A stretch of 64,000 bases of DNA from Rhynchobatus australiae (taxonomy: Eukaryota), in the NCBI GenBank assembly GCA_034780895.1, contig JAUZTB010000077.1, positions 11,955,615 through 12,019,614 of the forward strand. The letters are read 5' to 3'. Position 1 is the stretch's first letter, and every line of letters starts with the position of its first letter. Made by a program: the position numbers and the translations under genes. The notes under the pieces are model-generated. The model saw only the letters and a program-made list of their open reading frames with translations, was not told where the DNA came from and made no database searches. Shown here piece after piece: positions 25,381 through 36,769 of the stretch.

Positions 25381-28300
25381 TTCTCTTAAAGTTAAAACAA
25401 AGCACTACCATGCAATAAAAGAACCCAATTATGTTAAAACACCATTAGAATGCATTTTCTTGAGTGGCTTGAAGAATTTTACTGTTGTCACTGATTAAAA
25501 TAATTAGGACTTGTACTATTCAGACTCAAGAATATAAAGAGCAGTCTTTATGCTGAGAATGGTGAGTGGACACATTAGATTTTGTATCTGTGTAGGGGAG
25601 AACTGAGGCACCACCAAGACATGGAAACTATTCACATTAACAGATGCTGAAGTGTACAATTTATGTTGAAGATTTGAGCTACAATAACAAACACATGGAA
25701 AGTAATATTCTTATCTTTGATTTTTTTTAAACTTACCCGAAGATCAAACTTCAATAACTTATTTTTCACATGTTTAAGCACATCAAAAACACTGCCACTT
25801 TTTAAGAAGCTTCGAAGAGGAATCTGATTTATAGGTAACACCTCCGGCAACATAAAGTTTGCTAATTCCGAAATACAAGTGATTCACAGAACAAAGTTAA
25901 CCAAGCGTAGGTCTGCAGACTCTTCAGTGTTGCAGCATAAGCAAATAAACTGAGGTACAATCATCAACAAAATATCCTTCATTTGAAGGCAGTAATTCTC
26001 AACTAAACAAGAGTATCCAGTACAACAATGTATCAAGGTCATATACATGTGACACTCTGCTCGAGAATAAACACTAAATGGAGTACAGTATGAATGCAGA
26101 AATTTAACCGCAATTCATACCAACCTTTAGGAAAAAAGTACATTTTGGAATAAGCTCATTTCATGTGTGTGGATGAATCTTGTTAAACAAATATCAATCA
26201 TTCACCATCATGAGACAAAAGTGATTTAAGTTGATAATGTTGATTAGTAACATGCAAGCACCACAAGATTTGAGAAACCTGAAGGACCAAATGCATAATT
26301 AAACAATTAAGTGTGATGCTGCACAAGACAGGAGAATTCAAAAAACGCACGGGGGGAAGGGAGAGAGAGAGANNNNNNNNNNNNNNNNNNNNNNNNNNNN
26401 NNNNNNNNNNNNNNNNNNNNNNNNNNNNNNNNNNNNNNNNNNNNNNNNNNNNNNNNNNNNNNNNNNNNNNNNNNNNNNNNNNNNNNNNNNNNNNNNNNNN
26501 NNNNNNNNNNNNNNNNNNNNNNNNNNNNNNNNNNNNNNNNNNNNNNNNNNNNNNNNNNNNNNNNNNNNNNNNNNNNNNNNNNNNNNNNNNNNNNNNNNNN
26601 NNNNNNNNNNNNNNNNNNNNNNNNNNNNNNNNNNNNNNNNNNNNNNNNNNNNNNNNNNNNNNNNNNNNNNNNNNNNNNNNNNNNNNNNNNNNNNNNNNNN
26701 NNNNNNNNNNNNNNNNNNNNNNNNNNNNNNNNNNNNNNNNNNNNNNNNNNNNNNNNNNNNNNNNNNNNNNNNNNNNNNNATTTGGGAAGTATTTAAGCAC
26801 AATATTAGACATGCTGTGCAATTCTAATGTTGTATGGCTATTTCAAAACAATACTTGATAAACTGATTTCAGTTCTACCTTGTTGCTGCAACTGTAATGT
26901 ACTAATTTATGTAAATTTATCATGGCAAGTTGAAAAAAATCTCAATGCCCCAGACTGAACCGATACTGACTCTAAGCTTCATTGCCTTTGCCCTTCATGG
27001 GACCAATCGCTAGGATCCCAGTTACTTTGGACTCAATACGAAATTACTAAATAAAACTAAATCAAAGTAAAGCAGTCACCCCATGACAAATTCATTGGTC
27101 CAAAACCAAACACTGATAGATATTGATCTCCAGCTCCATTGTGAATTTAAGTCAGGTTCTGAAGTCCACTTCTAATGCATAGAAGGACTGGTTAACAAGG
27201 TTGGCTAGACTAAATAAAATCCAGAGAGAATTTCAATTCACCAGCAAAAGTCTAGAGGACATTCAGATCCATCTGTCTTATATACGAGAACTTTGATGCA
27301 TGTCAACTTTAAGCACTCTGTCTAAAGGAAATTGGCACTTGTCAAACAAAGCAATTAGATTGTCGGCTTGTTCACATGTTATAGTGCTCTACAGTATATG
27401 GTTATGCTGCACATCTGACTATGGTATTTTATGTACGCTTCCAAGAGTCCTCACCAGACTAAAAAGTAGCAACATTGAACAAAACTAGCAATTTAAAAGC
27501 CCTTGGGAAATTAAACCTTTTGCCAGTGCCTTCAATAGCCTTGTTACAGTAGTTACTGTATTATCCCAAAGTTTTGGCCAAATGCAATTTAAAGCAATTC
27601 ACAGTTGTGCACAGCTGATGTGCAGTATGCAACACTGAATAATATTCAGCAGTTCAAAGTCTACATGATTTTTGTGCAGGGCAAGCCAGTAATTTTCTTC
27701 GAGCATCCAAGAAAGTTCCTAAATATCTATTGTAAGGCAGCTTCTTCTGTGACACAACTGAACGTTACCAAGTGTATATAAACAGAAAAATACAGCGCAA
27801 GAATGAGATTTTTAAAAACTGCTGTCAGGGGGAAATCATTTAAATAATATTTCTTAAATCCGTAGGAGCTGAGCAGACATTGTACTGCATAATACTTAGC
27901 CATAAAAATCAAGATGGTCACAATTCCTACTTGGTGCAGAAATTAGTTATTGGAAGGCAGGCCAGTGATGGGAACATTATAATTGGTCTCAAGATCCCTG
28001 GGTTGCAAAAAAAATGAAAGCACAGTAGTCACATGGTATTTATATGGAGGACATAAATTAACATGAACATTGTCCCTTTGCCCTGTTTCTTTGCTGCAGT
28101 TTCAATGTGGTTCTTCTAACAATCTGATTATTCCTGCTGGAAGCTGGATACCCACAGGCATCTGGTGAGAATATAACTTACTGTGGTGTAATGCTATCAT
28201 GATCAAAAGTTTGCAGACAGTGTTATAATTTGCACTTACCAAATCCCCACCTGGAAAAACAAGAGTGCTACAAATATCACTAATTTTAGAAGAGATATTC

Positions 28301-28959
28301 ATCTGGATGAGATAACTAACATCCTTAGATCTCCTTTATTGGTATTGATGTAACCTTGCATTTTGTTTCTTACATCAAAAGATGTTGTTGTACAAATACA
28401 TGCTTCAGGGTGAAGCAACTCTCAAATCAGTAGGACTGGGTAAAATGAAGTTTTGANNNNNNNNNNNNNCAGACAAGATTGTGCAATCTTAAAATACATA
28501 ATTGACTATTTTAAAAATATCACACCTCCCTTTTCCCCCCTTACAACCTGTTACTAACCTATTTCCCTTAATCAACACAGTGGCCGTTAATCCATTCTGT
28601 TGCTATAACTAGCATATCAGAGATTTGCAAGAACAATGTGACGTCATACACAACCAGTGATTTTTCCCTATCCTGATGAATTCCATAATCACCATTTGCA
28701 CAGCGTTAACAACAACTAGCATTTGTAAGGCATGATAAATTGTCCAAAGATACTGCGCGGCAGCATCACCAAACACAGTTTAACACAGATGTATACAAGG
28801 AGCTATTTGATCAGCAACAAGCAAGTTTTAATGAGTGCCTTAAAGCTAGAAAGCCAGATAGTTGCATTCCAGGTATGGCTTTTCAAAATTCCTAGTCTAA
28901 TCTTCATGGTTCAATAAAACATTATTTTCTATTTTCAAATAATAGTGCTTTTAATATTA

Positions 28960-29253
28960 GCACGGTAGTGCAGTGGTTAGCGTAACGCTATTAAAGCACC
29001 AGCGACCCAGGTTAAATTCCATAAGGAGTCTGTAAGGAGTTTGTACGTTCTCCCCATGACTGCGTGGGTTTCCTCTGGGTGCTCTTGTTTCCTCCCACAT
29101 TCCAAAGACGTAAGGTTTAGAAAGTTGTGGGCATGCTATGTTGGCGCTGGAAGCGTGGCGACACTTACAGGCTGCCCACAGAACTGTCTATGCAAAAATG
29201 CATTTCACTGTGCGTTTCAATTACATGTGACTAATAAAGATATCTTATCCTAT
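28960..29253 (+). mobile_element. tRNA-derived V-SINE (HE1-related)
   Basis: Pol III A box tagtgcagtgg (28966-28976), B-box-like ggttaaattcc (29010-29020), V-domain ggagtttgtacgttctccccatgactgcgtgggtttcctctgggtgctc..ttcctcccacattccaaagacgt, and a tail ending aataaagatatcttatcctatc. Confidence 0.88.
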
Positions 29254-29859
29254 CATTTTGCAGAAAATTAATGGTAACATTTGTTTTGTACTTTTTAGCC
29301 ATGCACTTGGGGTTCACAACAAAAATAAATTCAAACAGAACAGGGAGCATGGGATTTTGGATGGAGCAAAAGATCCTTTTTAAGGATTTTGTATTGATAA
29401 CATGGAAAAGCCTAAATAATGCTTTGGGAAATTTTCAAATGACATGCANNNNNNNNNNNNNNNNNNNNNNNNNNNNNNNNNNNNNNNNNNNNNNNNNNNN
29501 NNNNNNNNNNNNNNNNNNNNNNNNNNNNNNNNNNNNNNNNNNNNNNNNNNNNNNNNNNNNNNNNNNNNNNNNNNNNNNNNNNNNNNNNNNNNNNNNNNNN
29601 NNNNNNNNNNNNNNNNNNNNNNNNNNNNNNNNNNNNNNNNNNNNNNNNNNNNNNNNNNNNNNNNNNNNNNNNNGAAAATATAGGACAATTAGCCCAACAG
29701 CTACCTTTGGAGAAATACTGGAACCCATTATTAAGAAGATCAATTACAAAAGAAATAGAAGCAACCATAGGTCATTTGCTCTGCCTGTCTTTTTACTTCA
29801 GTGCCATTTTCCTGCACATACCGATAATCACATCCAAGTGCAAAAATCCATTAATATCC

Positions 29860-30770
29860 AAAAACCTAACAATCTCCTTTGAAGATAATTAGCAATCGAA
29901 TAACCACAGCCCACTGGGAAAGAAAATTCTAAACATTCACCATCCTCTAAATGAAGAAATTTCTCATCTCAATCCAGAACAGGCAACTGTTTATTTTAAT
30001 TGTATGACCCCTGGCTCTATACACCCCAGCCAGAGGAAATATCGTCCTTACATCTATCCTGTCAAGACTTGTAATTACATTTTAATGAGGTCACTGCTCA
30101 TTCTCTTAAACTCCAGAGGGTGTTGGTTGTCACAAGTACAGTCATGGATTTTGCTCAACTCATGAAGATATGACCATCATCCAGAGGTTGTACACCTAAC
30201 AATTTAGTACACTGTCCTGAAATATCAGAATACAATTGGGTCAAAGAAGATATATATCTACATTTATTTATCATATATCCAATTAAGTATTTTTGAAGAA
30301 TTATTTTAAAGCAAAATAAAACTGCATTGCTGGAAATAAAACCAACTGAAGACACTCAGCAAGCCAAGCAGCATCTGTGGAGTGAAAAAATTCATGTTTC
30401 AAGTCCATGATGCCCCTTTGACTGCAACTTGAAATATACATGTTTTTTTTCCACTTTTCTAATTCTGATGAAAGGTCAGCAACCTCAGACACTGATTCTC
30501 TTTCTCTCGTCTGCTGGATAGTTCTAGTAGTTACTGTTTTTGTTTCAGAGTCGAGGCCCGGTCTGCTTATCCACTCCTCACACAATAAACTTTCGTTAAA
30601 GGAATTAATCTGGTGATCTGTTGTCATACTCCCCTCTACCACAACAATATTCTTCCTTAGGCACAGGTGTTAGTCCAGGTGCAGTCTCATCAAGGCCCTA
30701 TGTTATTTTAAGAAGATACCTTTACTCCTGAACTTAAATCTTCTTGCAGCAATGGCCAAAACACTCTTCC
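29860..30770 (-). mobile_element. CR1 LINE fragment interrupted at about 30119-30545
   Basis: Antisense CR1 (ccacagcccactgggaaagaaaattc...ctcattctcttaaactccagag | agagtcgaggcccggtctgctt...tccaggtgcagtctcatcaaggccc). Confidence 0.7.
30315..30548. mobile_element. Short palindromic Penelope-terminal-repeat element (degenerate)
   Basis: actgcattgctggaaat..cactcagcaagccaagcagcatctgtggag on the left. Mirror copy on the right: ttCTGATGAaaggtcagcaacct..ctctttctctc..ctgtttttgtttcaga. Confidence 0.6.
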
Positions 30771-31439
30771 AGGTGTCCTCAGTCCGATGGGATAACACAA
30801 TATTTCACGAGCTTCTCAGCTCTCAGAAAGGGAAGTCTATTTGCTTAACCTGTCACAGGTTAAACCTGGCACAGGCTAGTTGCCAGGAAAAAGATAGCAG
30901 TTTCTTTTACCAAAAGACTTCATCCTAACATGTTAACAGTTTCTTTTTCCAGAAGTGCTGCCAAACCTGCTGAGCATTTATTACTTTTATATCATTTCTT
31001 AGTTTCAATGTTTTTAAGTTGATTTCGAGTGCATGAAAAATGTTTTCAATAGAAATAGTATTTTAAATTGGTTTTTTCTTAAGTTTTTTTTAAACTGCCT
31101 GTGAACATCTGTGACATTAACAAACAATCAGTGACAGTTATACTTCTGACAACTGATAATCCTGGGGGCTCAGCCTCATCAGATAATAAAGTGGTTCTAT
31201 AATGCAACAGAGACTCACTGTACTAAGACAACCTCTATACTGCATTGGGTCATGCCAGGCTCCCAGAATAAGACTGAAATAGGGGCCAAACTGAAACAAA
31301 CACAATGTTACCCAGGTTCAGGCAGTAAGCAGAGGGCAACAGAAGATTTGTCCCACTGTTCAAATAGATACTATTTGAATAGAATAGAATGCTGCAGTAC
31401 AGATGGATCTAGATATGATCACACATACAGGTACAGAAA

Positions 31440-32130
31440 ATAATCAAGGAATATACTTGTACTGGAATTCAGGGAATGTTCACAAGATTGATTCTTGAGG
31501 TGATGAGTTGATCATGAGGAATGATTATGGAGATCAGGCCTTTACATTCGAGACACAAGACACTGTAGATGCTGGAATCTGTAGCAAACAACAAGATGCT
31601 GGAGGAACTCAGTGGGTCAGGCAGTATCTGTGGAAGAAAATGGACGGTGTTTTGGGTTAAGACCCTTCACCTGGACTGTGAGTGTGGGTCATAAGCCCAC
31701 GATGATTATGTCCCTACACTTTGTACACACAGCCCATTGGTACTATCTCTTCTAGCAGTCCAGATGAAGGGTGTTGACCCAAACTGTCAACTGTCCATTT
31801 CCCAATTTATTAGAGTTGAGAAGAAAGAGTGATGATCTTATTGATTCTGACTGACACTGAGAGGGTGCTTTCTCTCATAGAGGCACCTTGACCAAGAGGG
31901 CGTAATAATAAGTCACCCATTTAAGACCTTCTATATTAGGAAGTTGTGAAACTTAGCAACTCTCTATTCCAGAGTGTTGTGAAGGCTGAGTTACTGAATA
32001 TACGCAAGACCGAGAAAGATAGAATTTTGGACTTTAGGGAACTCGGTGTTATGGAAAAGAAGCAAAAGTCAGATGAGGCATGAAATAATTGAATAGTGAA
32101 ACTGTGAAGCCTACGTCTGCTCCTATTCTT
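31440..32130 (+). mobile_element. CR1 LINE 3' fragment interrupted at about 31550-31803
   Basis: aaggaatatacttgtactggaattcagggaatgttcacaagattgattc..ggcctttac | tagagttgagaagaaagagtgatgatcttattga..agcctacgtctgctcctatt. Confidence 0.7.
31550..31803. mobile_element. Short palindromic Penelope-terminal-repeat element
   Basis: Left: gacacaagacactgtagatgctggaatc..ggaggaactcagtgggtcaggcag. Inverted arms at 31636-31678 (gaaaatggac..gacccttcacctggactg) and 31756-31803 (cagtccagatgaagggtg..gtccatttccc). Confidence 0.75.
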
Positions 32131-32164
32131 TTGCTCAATACTTAACAGCCAATAACGGAGGCAC

Positions 32165-32370
32165 ATTCAAACATCACTGTTGTGCAATGGGGAAAACAAT
32201 TTACTTTATGCACAGAAAGCTCTCACAAACAGGAAAGTAATAATAACCAAATAATTTGTTCTAATGATGCTGACTGAGGGGTAAATATTAACCCTAATAC
32301 AGGTACAACTCCACTACTCTTCTTTGAAATGTGATCACAGCATCTTTAATATCAGTTTGAACCTTCGATG
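32165..32370 (-). mobile_element. SacSINE1/Deu-domain SINE remnant
   Basis: Antisense: cactgttgtgcaatggggaaa..tgcacagaaagctctcacaaacag..tgatgctgactgaggggtaaatatt..aactccactactcttctttgaaat. Confidence 0.6.
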
Positions 32371-33218
32371 TTATTTTGCAAAATATTATTAAAGAAAAAT
32401 TGTCATTAGGTATATCTTAAATTTGAAATAGGGGAATAAGTCAGGAATCAAGGATTGCAATCAAGGCTTCACAGACTGAATTCAAAGAAATAAGGCCATA
32501 GAGTAGTTCAGAAACAACAGAAGATTAGACTTCTGAAGACTAAATTCAGTGATAACAAAATGTTTAATTGATATGGAAAATATAAATTTGCTGCAGGAAT
32601 GTTGGAAATGTATGAACTCTTAGTGAAGCTTAATTCTAACTCATTAAGAAATAATTAATTGAGCCAGATTTCTTCCCTCCATCCCCTAACCCCAACTGAC
32701 TAACAGCCAGTAAAGATGGACAATAAGCAGTAAATTGTCACTTGCAGTGTTATTTGTGCTAACAAAAGTATGTTGGAAATGCTCAATGTCAGCAGAGAGA
32801 AATAGGATTAATATTACAGTCAAAAAAAATTTGATCAAAATGAGAAAAAAATTAAAAGAAAACAAGTTTGAAGATAGTGAGAAAGGGATGGGGAGAAAAG
32901 AACATTGCTGCAAGAAGATTAAGTTCAAATTTATGATAGAGTGGAAGGTGAGCTAGATTACATGAACCCATGAACCCCTAGATTAAGTGGGGGGGGGGGG
33001 GGGAGGAAAGAGTTTGTGTTCCTAGGAAATGGTCTGTATTGCAATTTTCCATAGCACGAAACCCTGTTATCTATGCAAAAGATCAAGAAATGAAAGTCAT
33101 TGAAAAAAAAATTTGATATCTCCACACCCTCTCCCCCCCTCCCCCACCCAAGGAGAGCGAATTTTATCCAGCATTTCAAACTTTTGGGTACTGATTTGTA
33201 AATTCCGTCACCGTCATG

Positions 33219-33274
33219 GCCGTAATGTGGTGGTCACCTGTAAATGACAAATGAGGTGACCACCACATTACGGC
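33219..33274. repeat. Perfect 21-bp inverted repeat with 14-nt loop
   Basis: gccgtaatgtggtggtcacct (33219-33239) / gtaaatgacaaatg / aggtgaccaccacattacggc (33254-33274). Confidence 0.95.
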
Positions 33275-35981
33275 AAATTGACAGAAGTCCAGAGCAGTTG
33301 AAAATGCAGAAAGCTTATCTGAATTGGCTGAGGGAATGTTGGAAATCTGGGATAAAAATGCTGGAAAGCTGATTATTTAAAATTAATCAACTAAATACTG
33401 CGTTTGGAAAATTGTGGTGCATGAGTCAGAAGATGAGGTGCTATTGATCTTCAATGGAATATCATAGAAAGCTGAAGACAAGGAGGCTGGAGTAGGGGTA
33501 AAATGGGCATAAATTGGATTCTTTCCATCCAATTCACCACTTGCAAATCTTTGTATAAAACATACTCATTGGGATTTCAATACCCTAGCCAAAACAAAGG
33601 TCTTGACATCCAATTAAATTTAATTGTTTCACTAAACTCCAGCCTTCCAATGTATTTAGTATTTCATGTATTCTTGCATTGTAAATAAGCAGATTGATTA
33701 AAAAAACATTTAATTAAAGAGAAAATGAATGACTAACCATTTTTCAACACAACATTTTATTTTACTTGTACAAACAGTGGCAAATAACCACACAAATATT
33801 TTGATGACTTTCCCTGAGAAAATCCTGGAGAGTTGTAAATCACGTACAATTGTGTCAAACCAAAGAGTATCAAGATATCAAGACCGCCACACGTGGTCTA
33901 TGGTCAGGTAACCAGTGGTTATTTATCAGTCACATTGGCTCCTTTTCAAAATAAGTAAACCTTTAGATCAAGTTTTGAACAGTCAGGTTATGTGCTGTTA
34001 TCAACTAATCAATCTTCCAGGAAATGACAAGGTCACTGCACTGGAATCCAAACTTTAGCAAGAAGCTTGAAGTGGGTTCTATCAATATGTGTGATCTGTC
34101 TGACATTTGGAGTGGTCATTAATGCTTAAAAGATGATATTTTTTTCTTATTATCCTCTTAGTCATTAAAGCAACTGCTCAACACCCTCCGTGAGATTGCC
34201 TTGGTTACTCTTCTAGGTGACCTTGTTCGCTCTCTCAATAATGCTGTTATTTGTTGGACAAACCACAATCAAATCTGACCTAAAAGTGACAACACAGCNN
34301 NNNNNNCAACTAGATAAACAGCAGCTGTTTAATCAGTCCCGTCTTTCTCTGTCCATGCAATCTACACGCACAATACCTCAATCAGTTTTCTCAGGTCACT
34401 ATATTATGTAACCTATAATTTTGTGTGCAATATCTCAACAAAATGAAGCCGATTTAAGCCATAAAGCACACATATTAGGTGCACAAGACTTAAGACCCGA
34501 GTGATACAGGATATCTGAATTTCAAATCCAACAAATCAAAAGAAATGCGAAGAGATGTAACTTGCAGATGATTTAGTGACATTGACTAGTCCTGTACTGT
34601 CTTGAAATGGTTATGTCTGGAATATAAACCAGATGTTTTTGAAGCTCCAGTGGTTTCCTTATTAATTTTCTTAGGAAAAATTACATGAAGGATGTCAATC
34701 AAAAAACTCTATACTTCAAAGTTAAACTATTAAAACTGGATTATTACAATGAACAGGGTATTCCAATACTTGAATTTGGTAGGTAATGCTCAATAATGAG
34801 CATGGTTAATTTGGATTTTTTTTAAAGCATTTTAAAGTAGCAAACTGAAAACTCCAACAGAAAATTGGAACAAATAAACATTAATTTTTCAAAAATACCA
34901 TAAGTGACAAAGATCCAGTTTTTACACATTTGATTTTATTAAATCAGTGTCATATACAGTATATAAAAAAGATATTCCAACAGTATGTCTTCCCACAATC
35001 CTGGTCAAATAATGGAAATAAATTTCAACTTCTTGTTTCTAAATGCGACGATCACAATAAAATTGCAGAGATGGGCAGTGAGAATGCAACTTTGGATTAA
35101 AGTTAATAGGTGAATGCAGGTGAACACAAGGGGATAGGATGAACGCTGCTTTCATTCTACAAGTTCTACGCAATTTATCATCGCTTTGTAAACTTTGTGC
35201 ACATCAACGTCAGTAACAAACAACTACAAAGTTCCTCACATTAAATCAAAATGAAAGGCTGCTTGGCGTGACTGAAACTACAGCAGGACTTTGTTTCTCA
35301 TGCATTCGATACAACATTTTAATGAAATTAATTAAAAGAAATCAGCTTGGAGTTTCAACTCTGAAAATTATGCAACCTCACAGCTAAATCCACATATGAT
35401 GTTTTTGCATAGAAATTTGCCATCTCATGGCTGAAAATGCCAGCTGAAATGGGTTTCATTTTTTCAAGTCTTTATGAAAAGACAAAAAAAATTCCCTTTG
35501 TTACCGGAAAAAAACTACACAAGCTATCATTTACAAAGAGAAAATCAAACTTTTCAAATGTTAGTAAACTGATTAGTAAAAGCAGAAAGCATATAGCATT
35601 TAAGAACAAGTCTGTATTACCCAATCAGCAATAACTTAACTCATTACGGAAGTTATTAGAATACTCTTGATCTACACACTAAGGTAAAAAGATGCTTGCA
35701 CACTTCAAATTGGGGGGGGGGGGGGGGANNNNNNNNNNAGCAGGGGAGGCATCAAGAAAGTACTCGTGGTGCAAAGGGAAGAAATTAAAAAAAACTTTAC
35801 TTGAATAAACTGTTGATGGTGAAAATAATCACCAACTAACAAGGCCGTCTGGCCAGGGATATTTCTGCTTTCCACTGTTAATGCAAAATAAAATTATCTC
35901 TAGCAGTACACTGACCTTCCAATTACTCCCATATTGCTCCCTTTGTAGCTGGTTTGTGTGTGTTCTACAATGTCTACAGTT

Positions 35982-36039
35982 GGACTTCACTCAAACACAT
36001 GATCAGGGACTTCACTCAAACACATGATCAGAGACTTCA
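35982..36039. repeat. 25-bp tandem duplication (about 2.3 copies)
   Basis: ggacttcactcaaacacatgatcag twice, then agacttca. Confidence 0.9.
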
Positions 36040-36144
36040 AATCTGGACTCTAATTTCAATATATTCTTTTCCTTTGTTTAAGACAGGAACAAGAATAACT
36101 TATTGTTGTAGTATACTAATGTGTCCAAATGCATGCATATTTTA

Positions 36145-36260
36145 GAGACAAGAGAGACTGCACATGCTGGAAATCTGGAGCAACACACACAAAATGCTGA
36201 AGGAAAGCAGCAGGTCAAGTGAACAGTCAACATTTCAGACCAGGACTCTTCATCAGAACT
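36145..36260 (-). mobile_element. Penelope terminal-repeat fragment with a hammerhead-like core (36225-36260)
   Basis: Plus strand: gacaagagagactgcacatgctggaaatctggagcaac. Minus strand: agtt-CTGATGA-agagtcctggtct-GAA-ATGT-T-gact. Confidence 0.65.
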
Positions 36261-36769
36261 TCAATCAGAATCCTTAAAATGTAAAATTTAAGTTCCTAAA
36301 AAAATGTTGGCAAATTTTTAGTTTTCAAATTTGTTAAAACTTCAAGCATGACTGCTTCTCAGAAAACATTTGAACAGAAGGAACAAGCACAAGTTACAGG
36401 GTTTGAATAATCAAAATATACAATAAGCAGAAGTTCTGAAGGGTAGAAATAAAAAAAATAGAAACTACTGGAAATACTCAGGTGAGGAAGTTTCCATGGA
36501 AAAGAAATGTAACACCTCAGGTTAATTGCCTTTTATTGGAATTTTTCTTCCCAGGTTATCAACCCAAAATGCTTCTCCCTCCTCAGATATCAGGCATCTG
36601 TAGTTTTTTTTCTTAGAGAGTTAATGGGTAGAAGCTTACAATGATGGGAGAGACAAATGTAGCCAGGTAAGAGCTTGACATTTTAAAATCAAGATACAAG
36701 TGAAGCACTGTGGGTCAGCAAGTACAGTGGTGACCCACACTGCTTAACTTGTATGTGGTATAGATCAAG

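Noticed and set aside
28960-29030. tRNA gene
   Set aside because: The A and B boxes belong to a SINE head. There is no full cloverleaf, and the sequence continues into the V-SINE core.
30845-30878. Short palindrome ttaacctgt-c-acaggttaa with a degenerate tandem copy
   Set aside because: The arms are only 9 bp. It is compatible with a small local duplication and has no supporting context.
35982-36039. CRISPR-like 25-bp repeats
   Set aside because: The copies are directly adjacent with no spacers, in vertebrate DNA. This is a simple tandem duplication.
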